Assembly (NCBI RefSeq): GCF_001194135.2
Contig: NC_068988.1
Span: 47,301,969 to 47,365,968, forward strand
Reading direction: 5' to 3'
Length of the DNA stretch: 64,000 nt
Source: Octopus bimaculoides
Lineage: Eukaryota
The notes under the pieces were generated by a model. It saw only the letters and a list, made by a program, of their open reading frames with translations. It was not told the DNA's origin and did no database searches. Made by a program: the position numbers and the translations under genes. Positions 26,278 through 38,552 of the stretch are shown in pieces (the first letter of the stretch is position 1; the number at the start of each line of letters is the position of its first letter).

Positions 26278-26482
26278 TGTGTCTGTGTTTGTCCCCCAAC
26301 TTCACTTGACAACCGATGCGGGTGTGTTTACATCCCCGTAAATTAGCGGTTCGGCATAAGAGATCGATAGAATAAGTACTAGGCTTCCAAAGAATAAGTC
26401 CTGGAGTCGATTCGCTCGACTAAAGGCGGTGCTCCAGCACGGCCACATTCAAAAGACTGAAACAAGTAAAAATGAATAAAAG
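25777..26482 (+). mobile_element. Full composite SINE (tRNA head, internal microsatellite, tail) with an insert in its (TA)n
   Basis: Head 25777-25943, (TA)n, insert ~25998-26210, (TA)/(TG)n, tail 26275-26482 ending gactgaaacaagtaaaaatgaataaaagag. Confidence 0.9.
26052..26096 (+). ncRNA. Minimal type I hammerhead ribozyme motif
   Basis: GGACCA-CTGATGA-G-GTCACA(GAAG)TGTGAC-GAAA-GAAC-TC-TGGCC. Predicted CUC site after 26091. Confidence 0.7.
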
Positions 26483-26713
26483 AGTGCCAGCATTAGATCA
26501 TGTAGAACTCAATACGCAGAATGGAATGACTAATCTCTATGTATGTGCATGGTTATATTAAAATATGTCTGTATGTTTCGCGTGTGTATCTATGTGTGTA
26601 TTTCTCTGTACATTCACGTATATATAGATGTTTGTATGCATGAATTAATCCCAATATATAAATGATTTTGGGTGAGTGTCTATACCGCACTATAAACACA
26701 TACAGGTGTATAA

Positions 26714-27006
26714 TACGAAATACGGTCAACGGAATAGCTTGCTCGTGAAATTAACGTGCAAGTGGCTGAGCTCTCCACAGACACGTGTACTCTTAACGTA
26801 GTTCTCAGGGAGATTCAGCGTGACACAGAGTGTTACAAGGCTGGCCATTAGAAATACAGGTACTACTCATTTTTGCCAGCTGAGTGGACTGGAGCATCGT
26901 GAAATAAAGTGCTTTGCTCAAGGACACAACGCATTGCCGGGAATTGAACTTACGACCTTACGATCGTAAACCGAATGCCCAAACCACTAAGCCACGCGCC
27001 TTCACA
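26714..27006 (-). mobile_element. tRNA-derived SINE (family D) with a 12-bp target-site duplication
   Basis: acaggtgtataa occurs at 26702-26713 and at 27007-27018. The minus strand has A/B-box-like motifs. Confidence 0.9.
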
Positions 27007-27899
27007 ACAGGTGTATAAATGCGTATATTATATAAAATACGTACTGATAAATAACTTCTGCATATAAGTACGTATATTCATTCCCATTGTAACATACGCA
27101 CATTTAGAAAAGACACGTACCTCACCATGCTGTTTCTATCTTTCTGTCAATCCTTCTAACACTGTCTGTTTTTCTTTTCTCGTCTTTCTCTTACTCTATG
27201 TTAACCAATATACATATGTGTATATGCATGCGAATATGAGTTTGTGCATGTGTGAGTGAGAGTGGGTAAGACAAGAGGGGATGGCGAAAAAATGCTAGAG
27301 AGATTAACAGACTTAGTTTAATTATGAAATCAATTAGTATAGCACATATTTTCTCAAAGAGCATAGTTAATTGGATGTGTGGATACGCGTGTAAGGATTT
27401 GCATATGTGTCTGATGAATGTTTTAGTTTTCGTATAATGCTTTGAGAGCATAAATTTTGTGGGAAAGCAGACTCTACCTGTTAGTAAAATTATTACTCAC
27501 ACACACACACGCGCGCGCTCGCACACGCGCACACACATACACAAACACACACACACAACCATACACACACACACACACACACACAAAATTACTTATAAAA
27601 TCATGTACAAAAGCACACGTAAATATACTGTTTCTAACGTCAGTTTTTCTTTCTCCTTCTTTACCTTTGGTGGTACATAATTTTGTGTGTGAATCGATAT
27701 GAGCTAATCTGGTAGTCATTAAATAATTTTGTGGATGAATTCATTTCCTACTGCTAGCCACTTTATCTCTTCATAAAGATTAGAATTTATCCATTTTCAA
27801 TTGGGTAGTCTAGAGTAGGAAATGGTATGTTCTATTTGCAGTGGCATGTCGCAAATGCTATTAAAGCGAGGTTTGAGTTTTACAACTCCAAATATTTAA

Positions 27900-28065
27900 T
27901 GTATAAAATGCAGTCGCGGACATTCTCGTCCTTCAATTGTTTCATGAATGTTGTTTAGTAACAAGTCCTCAACCATGTATCCATCAACCAATCTTCTCCG
28001 GCCATTGTTCCTGGGAGTTTCATGGAAGTAGTTCTCAAGAATCTCCTCCATTAGGTTACATCAGA
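27900..28065 (-). mobile_element. Possible RTE-like LINE 3' remnant
   Basis: Translation LMEEILENYFHETPRNNGRRRLVDGYMVEDLL...IEGRECPR weakly resembles RTE C-termini. Confidence 0.3.
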
Positions 28066-28530
28066 AGCAACCGTGACACGAAATGTTTCGTTTAAGAACG
28101 CAAGGCGACATCGGTCGTCTGGGAATTGGAACCACTAACTTGCAGTCGTGAGTGCACTACCCTATCCACTAGGACACGCGTCGTTACGCGCGCTAACATA
28201 ACCAGGCACATACACACACACATGCTGTGGTTGTCATTCACAAAAGATATATGTATATGTATGTATGTATGTATGTACACACACACACACACACACACAN
28301 NNNNNNNNNNNNNNNNNNNNNNNNNNNNNNNNNNNNNNNNNNNNNNNNNNNNNNNNNNNNNNNNNNNNNNNNNNNNNNNNNNNNNNNNNNNNNNNNNNNN
28401 NNNNNNNNNNNNNNNNNNNNNNNNNNNNNNNNNNNNNNNNNNNNNNNNNNNNNNNNNNNNNNNNNNNNNNNNNNNNNNNNNNNNNNNNNNNNNNNNNNNN
28501 NNNNNNNNNNNNNNNNNNNNNNNNNNNNNN

Positions 28531-28568
<38 letters not shown>

Positions 28569-28589
28569 CAAATTTACAGTAAACAAAAG

Positions 28590-28740
28590 ATGAAGACAAA
28601 TGAAAGAACATGCTGGTGTATTAGATTAACGCTCGAGAAGAATGGAAAATACTTTCAGATTTCGAACCTACGCTCTTCGACAGAAAGGATTAAGAGGAAA
28701 AAGAACCAAAATACAGACTAAGAAAAATACAAAGAACGGA
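28590..28740 (-). mobile_element. Penelope-like terminal fragment with a decayed hammerhead variant (28652-28687)
   Basis: Minus strand CTTT-CTGTCGA-A-GAGC(GTAG)GTTC-GAAA-TC-TG-AAAG. Stems I and II pair, but the cleavage position is G. Confidence 0.55.
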
Positions 28741-28818
28741 TATATATATACATATATACATATACATAGATATATATGTATGTATGTATGTATGTACACA
28801 CACACACACACACACACA

Positions 28819-30101
28819 TAGGGGTTGAACAAAATAATGGAAACACCTAAAAGTTTCAAAAAATTTATTTTAATATGGGGTAAGTCCGCCTTTGACACTG
28901 ATTACAGCTTGATTTCTATGAATTATGGAATCGTACAAAAGTTCGAATTGTTCCCAAAGGAATTTTTGTCCGTTCTTCAGCTAAAACAGTCTCTAGTTCT
29001 TGTAGTGATGAAAGTGGAGAATATCGACTCCTTAATTGTTATTCTAAAATGCACCATAAATGTTCAAAAATATTGATATCTGGGGACTGTGGTGGTCAGG
29101 TAAGATGTTCAACTTCACAAGAATGTTCCTCGTACCATTCAGTAACAGCTTTAGCTGTGTGAATTGGTGCATTATCATCCTGAAAGATTGCGTTTCCCCC
29201 CGGAAACTGTTCCCCAACCATATGATGAATTTGATCAGATAAAATGCTTAAATAGTCTTGACTATTAATTCTGCCATGAAAGGTAGCCATTGGGCCTGCG
29301 GATACCGAAGATATAGCACCCCCCACCACAGATCATCACATATTCTCCTCCATGTTTAACAGTTGGAAGAAGGCAGTCTGGATCAAGTGATTCTTTTGGC
29401 TGTCTCCACATGTACATTCGGCCGGTGGTCGGAAATATGGTAAAGGATGACTCGTCCGAGAAAACAGAATTCTTTCACTGCTCTAGGGACCAATTCTGTA
29501 GGATTTTACTCCGCTCTAAATGCTTTTCAACGTTTCTCTTTGAAAGTAGTGGTGTTCTGATTGCAGCCCTCCCGTGAAATTCGGCTTTGTGCAGCTCCCG
29601 GCGAACAGTTTTTGTAGAAACTGGATTCTGAGGTGGTCATTAAGCTCTGCAGTAATTTTGGGAGCTGTACTTTTGTGATCCTTTCTAACAATTTGGATAA
29701 GAGTCCGACGAACCCTATCCGAAAGTTTGGTTTTCTTCCGGAGTGTTGCTTTGATGAAGAGGTTTTTTCCTTTTTCTAAAAGGCCGCCATTAGTTTCAAG
29801 ACAGTACTTCTTGATACACCAAACATTTTAACTGTTTTCATTACAGTAGCCCCTGCCAAACGCGCACCAACAATTTGACCACTTTGAAAGCTCGATAGAT
29901 CTGTCATTTTAATGAATTTTAATTACCTTTTTCTGATGATATTTGAAAAGAAACAACAATTTTAACAAAATATATTAAGCAACTCTAATAATAAATTTAA
30001 AAAAAAAACATAAAAATAAATAAGCTACTGACGGTTTTATAGATATTTCAAAATTATGATGTTCTGATGCCGGGTGTTCCCATCATTTTGTACAACCCAT
30101 G
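28819..30101 (-). mobile_element. Full-length Tc1-superfamily DNA transposon (1283 bp) with DD36E spacing
   Basis: TIRs (ggggttgaacaaaataatggaaacacc / ggtgttcccatcattttgtacaacccatg), TA at the right end and a decayed transposase between them. Confidence 0.93.
28870..29907 (-). pseudogene. Tc1-like transposase pseudogene (~345 codons; stops and frameshifts)
   Basis: MTDLSSFQSGQIVGARLAGA...FSDESSF...VKHGG...FQDDNAPIHTAK...*PPQSPDINIFEHLW...VKGGLTPY*. Confidence 0.92.
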
Positions 30102-30105
30102 TATA

Positions 30106-30160
<55 letters not shown>

Positions 30161-31335
30161 AATGTTTTCTTTTACGTATTTCAGTCATTGGAAGGTGAGC
30201 TTCTTAACGGCATGGCCATGCGTGTGCTAATATATACTCACACTTATAGACACATGGACACACAAATACATATCTATATGTGTTTTATATATATGTTATT
30301 GGGGTAATTTTTGTAGTAATGTGCATTCGTTTCTGAAAACTGGTGATTCGGCCGAGACAACCAATATCCGTACCAATCTTTAAGATTAACTCAACTGATT
30401 AAACCATTGAATGTAGTGTTCCGGTTGGGCCGTACGCCAATGATAGAGGCAAGAAAAGAATAATAGAAAAGAAATACAACAGAATGTTGTATGTTCATAT
30501 TTCATAAATATATCATTTTCAAACATTTTTAGTCACTAAAGGAGGCAACTGTGCCATTCATCCTCAAATGTTTGTAATGAAAAGAAAGATCCATGTAGTT
30601 ATAGTTCATCTTGAACAACTGTAGAAAATAAATTTCACCCAGAAGCAATCTTCATTCGGGTGAAATTCTCTTGCAAAAGAAAAGTCAGTGTATATGCAAG
30701 GAAGGGGAGATAGTCTATGTTACGAGAGAAAGCGAAGTGTATATAATGATGATTGTGCATCAATATGTATATAAATAATTGCGTGCATATGTATGTGTAT
30801 ATGTCAATGTGTGTGTATGTCTATGTATATATCTAGGTGTGTGTTTGTTATCCATATAGCCTCTTCTATCACATGCTTTAAGGCAAGATACACAGATTTC
30901 TATTAGCAATAACTTCAAGGGCAAAGCACTCTTATCAGCATACCGAGACTGAGTATTAAACTAGGGGCTATCCGAACTGGGGTTAAATAAGCAATAATCA
31001 GCTGTTCACAATTTCCACAAAGTCAAATGTCCTACAGTTTTAGTGTTATCAGAACAAGACTTGCTTACATAGATTAAGATAAACTGGATTATCATTACAA
31101 AAATTTAACCGTTAACAGATTTTTTCCTACGGGGTTATAACGCGGAATTCCTTTGCACTTTAAGTCCAATAGAACACGGTTATTGGAACATCTTTAGGTG
31201 GGAAAAGTATCAATCGATAAATTTGTGAATTTTGAACAACAGTAGATGATATCGCATTTCAGCAGAGTTGAATTTTCTCAGAGCCTAATATTACCGTTGT
31301 CTAATGTGTAAGCAAAAAAGGCAGTTTTAAAAATG

Positions 31336-31403
31336 CAAATTTTCTGGTTATTCAAATTTTCTGGTGATTCAAATTTTCTGGTTATTCAAATTTCCTGGTT
31401 ATT
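31336..31403. repeat. 17-bp tandem repeat, 4 copies
   Basis: caaattttctggttatt x4, with one substitution each in two copies. Confidence 0.9.
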
Positions 31404-32352
31404 TACTGGATTTATTCAAGAGAAGTGTCATATATTTGGAAAGATATGCAAATAGTGTTGCAAAAAGAATCGTTTTCAATCAAATGGTCGCTTTAAAAAG
31501 AAAAGTGTGGAACATATGGAATTTGTGGAACAAAACCGATGATGATCGTTCTGATATTACAATAATTGTGGTTACACAACAAAGGAAGGAAAGTATTACA
31601 TTCAAGTTAAACTGAATAACATCAATTCGGATATACGAGTGGATATTGGTAGCCGGTTTACCTTGATTCAGGTGAACTAATATCCGCTGAAACATCTCAA
31701 AAGCCACTTAAAAAAGTGGTTTCAGTTTGATGAGTCAATGTTTAAAACAGTGGGGATTTTTATGATATTTTAGAAACAGGAACTCAAGATTATACCAATA
31801 GTGACCTGGAAGTGCAACAAAAAAAAAAAGCTATTGCCTTGCAACTAAAATACTAAATAATGTTACAGCAAGTTTTATCTACACTATGGAGTCTGAGAAT
31901 TAATTGGTCGTGTACTTAGATAATACAAAACTAATAATCCTTGACAGAAGACATTCATTTAGTAACGATGTTAAGAGAAATAAGATAAATACATTCTGGT
32001 GACTATGAGTTATTTTGACTATTATTTCTAGCAATACTGGTGCTGAATAATGCTTTTAGTCACTTTAGTGACATCTACATTTCTGCCTTTCGGTTGTAAA
32101 TTTCAAATAAGCCATCTTTATTAGTATAATTTTCACTTTTACCATGAAAAATACAACTTTCGAAATTGGTATCTAAGCATCGATATTTTGTTGCGAATTA
32201 CAGTTAAAAGAAAGGAGTATAAAGAACTTTGCGGTTAAATTTTTTTTTCAGGCTCTGGAACGCAATTGAGGTTCTCTGCTTTACATCTTGATTTTAGGCC
32301 ATTGTGTTAAAATTAATGATCGTGTTAAATTTAGTGTTGTTTATATTTACTG

Positions 32353-33426
32353 GTGACTCATGAGCTAATAACACGGCATGATATTGAATGCCCAATATTT
32401 GGTATTCCATGTGATCTTAGCGAGCGAGTTTTGACAACTTACAAGGACGTACTAAAATGTGCTATATTTGAACGAGAAAGAGAAAAGAATGTAGTTAAGA
32501 AAGATCCTTCAATTAAGCAAATTGTCATGATTGTAGCAGAAAAGATAATTCTTCTTGGCAAAAGGCTTCCATCACTTGTGTTACGATTGAATCAGTTAAA
32601 CCGAAAATCTTAAACGTTTATCTAAAGTACCAAGCATTACTAAAATGCGAAAAATAAAAAAAAATGTGCCATCGTTTCGAACACAGTGTAATATGTTTAA
32701 AAACAATGCAACAAAAAAACTGCAGTTGTTGAAGAGACAAAAAAGTACCACAGAGAGAAGATTTTTTACAAGTTCAATGGACTATATGAAAAATGATCAT
32801 TGGCGGAATAGATCAAGCAGTATCTAAATGGAACGCTCAGAGGTTGATTACAGAAGGTCGGCCAGATCACAGTCGCCCTTCTACGTCAGCAAAGGAAGAT
32901 TTTCGGTTTAACTGACTCAATCGTAACACAAGGGAGGGATGCCTTTTACCTAAGAAGAATTTCTGCTACAATCTTGACAATTTGTTTAATTTATTTTAAT
33001 GTGTATGTAATCTAAACCTCATGTAACACATATAGTCGGTGACCTAGTATCCAAAATAATAAAGAAAACGAAGTCGAAAAGTCTATTTATTTCACATCCT
33101 TTCGAAATTTCAAGTGTGTTGCGGTGCCTGAAGATATTAATTTTATAGGTTGAAATTTTAACATTCTGGTTTTTAAAGGGTTTCGCAAAAGCAAATTTGA
33201 TTCATAATAATGAATCTGAAAACTAAAATGAGGAATGGAAAACGTGTTATAAATTGATCTTTCGCTAATTATTCAAAATTTTAAGTGGACTGCGGAGATT
33301 GAAATTGTAAATTTTAGATCTCCGAATTTTAACACAATTGTTTTTGAGAAGTGTCACGATAAGAATTATATTCTTCAAAAAATATTTCAAAAATCTTTGT
33401 AAAATGTACCTTTTCGCCCCAACCTA
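32353..33426 (+). mobile_element. Internally deleted hAT-like (hATm-type) transposon remnant: N-terminal transposase plus right terminus
   Basis: CPIFGIPCDLSERVLTTYKDVLK...VAEKI, then after a frameshift WQKASITCV, then KVPQREDFLQVQWTI*KMIIGGID. This fits the LPTY.DV / W.KASIP / KVP..E..FL.DQR..R.M.IG pattern. The element ends ccaaccta (TAGG-type terminus). I did not locate the left end. Confidence 0.7.
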
Positions 33427-33428
33427 GT

Positions 33429-33491
<63 letters not shown>

Positions 33492-33955
33492 NNNNNNNNN
33501 NNNNNNNNNNNNNNNNNNNNNNNNNNNNNNNNNNNNNNNNNNNNNNNNNNNNNNNNNNNNNNNNNNNNNNNNNNNNNNNNNNNNNNNNNNNNNNNNNNNN
33601 NNNNNNNNNNNNNNNNNNNNNNNNNNNNNNNNNNNNNNNNNNNNNNNNNNNNNNNNNNNNNNNNNNNNNNNNNNNNNNNNNNNNNNNNNNNNNNNNNNNN
33701 NNNNNNNNNNNNNNNNNNNNNNNNNNNNNNNNNNNNNNNNNNNNNNNNNNNNNNNNNNNNNNNNNNNNNNNNNNNNNNNNNNNNNNNNNNNNNNNNNNNN
33801 NNNNNNNNNNNNNNNNNNNNNNNNNNNNNNNNNNNNNNNNNNNNNNNNNNNNNNNNNNNNNNNNNNNNNNNNNNNNNNNNNNNNNNNNNNNNNNNNNNNN
33901 NNNNNNNNNNNNNNNNNNNNNNNNNNNNNNNNNNNNNNNNNNNNNNNNNNNNNNN

Positions 33956-33984
<29 letters not shown>

Positions 33985-33986
<2 letters not shown>

Positions 33987-34170
33987 TATTTATTACGTGT
34001 TGGGATTTGGATTGCAAGATTCCTCATGTGAGTTCGTGTGTTGAAGCATATTTTGTTATTTAACACACTCACCTGTAAGTTTCCACTCATTTACTTTATT
34101 TTTCCTAAAACTTTCGTTGTGTCTTGCAACCTTTTCAATAGTCGTTGACTGTCCGTTATCCGAGCCGCGT
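33985..34170 (-). mobile_element. Possible Penelope-like terminal fragment with a heavily decayed hammerhead-like core
   Basis: Minus strand CTATTGA-AAAG-GTTG(CAAGACA)CAAC-GAAA at 34141-34112. Stems I and III are not preserved. Confidence 0.35.
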
Positions 34171-34175
34171 TCTTT

Positions 34176-35021
34176 TTGTTTGTTTGTGCGCATGTGTTGG
34201 CCAGTGTATGTGCGCATACACATGCATGCATGTAAGTGTGTGTAAGCATGTATGTATATGTGTATGTGCGTATGTATATATGTATGTATGTGTGTACGTT
34301 CGTATGTATATATTCTGCATATCTATGTGTTTGTATTTGTGCGTTTGCATGTTCGTGTTTGTGTGTTTTAATGTGTGTGTATGTTTGCATGTGTGTGCGC
34401 GTGTGTATCTCTGTCCCTTGAGTGTGTATTTCTGACTGTTTCTGTGTGTGTATATGTTTTTGTGACTATACATGGATGTGTATCTCCATATGTGTGGATG
34501 TGTGTCTACATGTGTGTCGTTGTGTGAAGTGAAGTGTGTGTGTATATGGTCATGTGTTTCAGTCTCCATTTGCGTATGTGTGTGTGTGTATGTTCGCTTG
34601 TGTATGTGCACTTGTCTGTTCGTGGACAAGCACACATACATACACATATGCGCAAATGAAGACTGAAACTCATGACCATATACACACACACTTCACTTCA
34701 CACAACGACGCATATGGGGCACACATTCACACATATGGAGATACATATCCATACATACAGACACAGTACATAGTCACAAAAACACATAGACACACATGCA
34801 CACAGAGCCAGACATGCACACACAAGGAGACAGAGGTACACCCACATGCAAACACACAAACACGAACACACAAACATAAATACATGAATATGGAGATTGC
34901 ATAAAAACGTACACGCATACATATATATGTACGCACACGCACATATAACATACATGCACATAGGTATACATACACGTGTATGCGCACACACACTGACCCA
35001 CACATGCGCACAAACAAACAA
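34176..35021. repeat. ~850-bp fold-back palindrome of TG/CA-rich cryptically simple sequence
   Basis: Unique islands are mirrored across a centre CTTGTC-tgttcgtg-GACAAG (34611-34630), e.g. gtcgttgtgtgaagtgaagtg vs cacttcacttcacacaacgac. Confidence 0.9.
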
Positions 35022-35694
35022 TGTGCGACACTTGTAATCTAAGAAAAGCCAGACATAGATTTATGCATGTTCAACTTCGAAATATGAATCCACACGTTTC
35101 ACTAACTGACTGGGATGGAGGATTTTCTTTTATGCAAATTACGCTACAAAATCCAAATAAATGATCATTTCAAAGCTATCGATACACGTAACCTGCGGTT
35201 GTTTATTGTGATGACACGAATATCTTATGGCATAAGAACTGCCTGCAAAAACTAAGTTACAACGTGCAATAGAAATGATATTGAGGCTGCTATAAAATGC
35301 AGAATATCAGATATTTTTATTTCTTAATGTTTGGTTGCAGTAACCGAGGAGAAATTGCACCTGAAAACCAAGAATATGCTGGAATTTCTGAAAGAGGAGC
35401 ATTACTTTTAATTCAAGGAAACATATCTTTAAAGACGGCGTCGTTTGGGTGATGTTCCATTTAAAGGAAGATGTCACATTTCAGAGGAAGCTGCTTCTCA
35501 GATCAACGCCAAGAAGGTATTAGATGTATATTTATCCCCTTAAAAAGTCAGTCGGTGTATATTTATATATTTGTGAAAGCTTATGCTTCATAATTACCAA
35601 ATTACTTTAAAATGGTTCACTAATTTGCGAATTACGCAAGAAAATATTGAATTTGGTTAAACAAATATATCTAATAATTTAACATGTACGATCT

Positions 35695-35915
35695 TTTATC
35701 TTTTACTTGTTTAAGTCATTTGACTGCAGCCATACTGGGGTACACACTTGAAGGGTTTTAATCGAACAAATCGACCCCAGAGATTATATTTTTGAAGCCT
35801 AGTACTTTTTTATCAGTCGCTTTTGCCGAACCTCTAAGATATGGGGAGGGAAACACACACAAACACCAGTTGTCAAGCAGGGAGGCGGGAGCAAACACAG
35901 ACACAAAGACACACA
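35695..35915 (-). mobile_element. Composite SINE 3' tail
   Basis: Reverse complement of the 26275-26482 tail. Confidence 0.8.
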
Positions 35916-36039
35916 CGTATATATATATTTTATTGTGTGAATGGTATTTTTATATAAGCTTACATCGTATGGTGATCCCCGTGCAACGACTAATGAAAAT
36001 AGTCTAATAACGGAGCATATAAGCCATCGAAAGTAAAAA

Positions 36040-36164
36040 AGACTTTCCTTTAAGACCATCAGATTTTAAAACAGTTAATTTAAAAGGCTGTCGCAATAAA
36101 AAAAATATTCATGAAAAAATATTTCGGAAATCTTTATAAAATGTCCCTTTTTCGCTCCACCCTA
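36040..36164 (+). mobile_element. Second hATm-type right terminus
   Basis: aaaaatatttcggaaatctttataaaatgtccctttttcgctccacccta is homologous to 33377-33426 and ends CACCCTA. Confidence 0.65.
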
Positions 36165-38503
36165 ATATATATANNNNNNNNNNNNNNNNNNNNNNNNNNN
36201 NNNNNNNNNNNNNNNNNNNNNNNNNNNNNNNNNNNNNNNNNNNNNNNNNNNNNNNNNNNNNNNNNNNNNNNNNNNNNNNNNNNNNNNNNNNNNNNNNNNN
36301 NNNNNNNNNNNNNNNNNNNNNNNNNNNNNNNNNNNNNNNNNNNNNNNNNNNNNNNNNNNNNNNNNNNNNNNNNNNNNNNNNNNNNNNNNNNNNNNNNNNN
36401 NNNNNNNNNNNNNNNNNNNNNNNNNNNNNNNNNNNNNNNNNNNNNNNNNNNNNNNNNNNNNNNNNNNNNNNNNNNNNNNNNNNNNNNNNNNNNNNNNNNN
36501 NNNNNNNNNNNNNNNNNNNNNNNNNNNNNNNNNNNNNNNNNNNNNNNNNNNNNNNNNNNNNNNNNNNNNNNNNNNNNNNNNNNNNNNNNNNNNNNNNNNN
36601 NNNNNNNNNNNNNNNNNNNNNNNNNNNNNNNNNNNNNNNNNNNNNNNNNNNNNNNNNNNNNNNNNNNNNNNNNNNNNNNNNNNNNNNNNNNNNNNNNNNN
36701 NNNNNNNNNNNNNNNNNNNNNNNNNNNNNNNNNNNNNNNNNNNNNNNNATATATATATATATATAAATATATATACATATATATACATACACATTACTAG
36801 CTTTCAGTTTCCGTCTATCCAATCCACTCATAAGGCTTTTGGTCGCCCAGCGTCAATAGTATATGCTTTGTTTGAGAACGGTTGGTTTGGAGGTATATTT
36901 GTATGCATGTATTGTAAGTTATGTGACAGTGTACGCAAGCACTTTGATGAACAGTGTGTCCCATAATTTGCAAAAGTTAAAGAAACTATTTTGAAATACC
37001 CTATATTGCACCTTCACATTATGTATTATCTAAACCAATTCTTCATGAATTATTTACCTCTTAACAGTAGAAAGTTACCTACTTCTATAAATACCGAATT
37101 TCTTGTAGATTGTATTATCATTTCCAAATTGTATACCCACTTTTCTCTCTATTGTGTAAAAATGGAAAGAAAAAAAGTCATATATTAATAGTTTGTACAA
37201 ATCATATGCATACTTTATCTGGCCCTAGAGATGGAACAAATGTTATGCTATAAAGCTTACTAGCATTCTTATGACAGTAGCCGAAGGGTTGATAGGTCTA
37301 CACATGTCAGGTCACATAGAAAAGGAACAAAAACAGAATAGATATAAAAGAAACAAGAATATAATAAGCACCACCTGTTGACAATCCCTTTTGAGTCATT
37401 GGCTGTAGTAGATCTCTATATTCATTCAAGTCTGTGTGTATATCTGTGTGTTTGGATAAATATGTTAGAGTATTATTATATAGTTAACTTTAAATAAAAT
37501 ATATAACAAGCGCTACAGATTGCTTCAAGAGCATGATAAGCACGTAAACCACGATGGAGATATAAAACAGTTGATGGTCCTTTCTCCGTAATGCTCCGAA
37601 GTGCAAGTATTTCAGATTTTGAGATGATTATTCTGCATCTATAAAATAGAATCGGTAGAGCAAGGGATCTCATCTAAACATGTCATTTATTTATATTTTA
37701 TGGTATAGTGTATACATTACTGTGAAGGCATTTTATATAAATTTGAAGCAAAAACTGCTTTGCACGATATGTAACAGTTTCATTTTGGGAATATATTCCA
37801 AGTTTCACTAAAATATATCCACTTATTACAGTGGTTCACATATTTGAAAATACCTGCCCACGCCAAAATATTTATAACATTGTTAGCTACATCTTTGTTA
37901 TTAAGAAAATAAAATTCTTCTTTCTTTAATGGTGGGGTTCGAAACTTAAAACTTTCGGTAAACATCGTAGTTAAATAGCAATTTATTTACCCTTGTAAAT
38001 AACACTGGTCTATCTTATTTTCATCTCTTCATCAGCAAGAAACCGCTGTGATTCTCAACTGCTCATAGTATTTCTACGGTACTATANNNNNNNNNNNNNN
38101 NNNNNNNNNNNNNNNNNNNNNNNNNNNNNNNNNNNNNNNNNNNNNNNNNNNNNNNNNNNNNNNNNNNNNNNNNNNNNNNNNNNNNNNNNNNNNNNNNNNN
38201 NNNNNNNNNNNNNNNNNNNNNNNNNNNNNNNNNNNNNNNNNNNNNNNNNNNNNNNNNNNNNNNNNNNNNNNNNNNNNNNNNNNNNNNNNNNNNNNNNNNN
38301 NNNNNNNNNNNNNNNNNNNNNNNNNNNNNNNNNNNNNNNNNNNNNNNNNNNNNNNNNNNNNNNNNNNNNNNNNNNNNNNNNNNNNNNNNNNNNNNNNNNN
38401 NNNNNNNNNNNNNNNNNNNNNNNNNNNNNNNNNNNNNNNNNNNNNNNNNNNNNNNNNNNNNNNNNNNNNNNNNNNNNNNNNNNNNNNNNNNNNNNNNNNN
38501 NNN

Positions 38504-38552
<49 letters not shown>

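Noticed and set aside
31336-31403. Regular direct repeats as a possible CRISPR
   Set aside because: Contiguous tandem units without spacers, no cas genes, and a eukaryotic context.
37476-37673. Minus-strand ORF weakly resembling Dong RT (LALPILFY...SEI)
   Set aside because: The similarity is within chance expectation.
37995-38045. CTGATGA...GAAA on the minus strand
   Set aside because: No pairing stem II, III or I.
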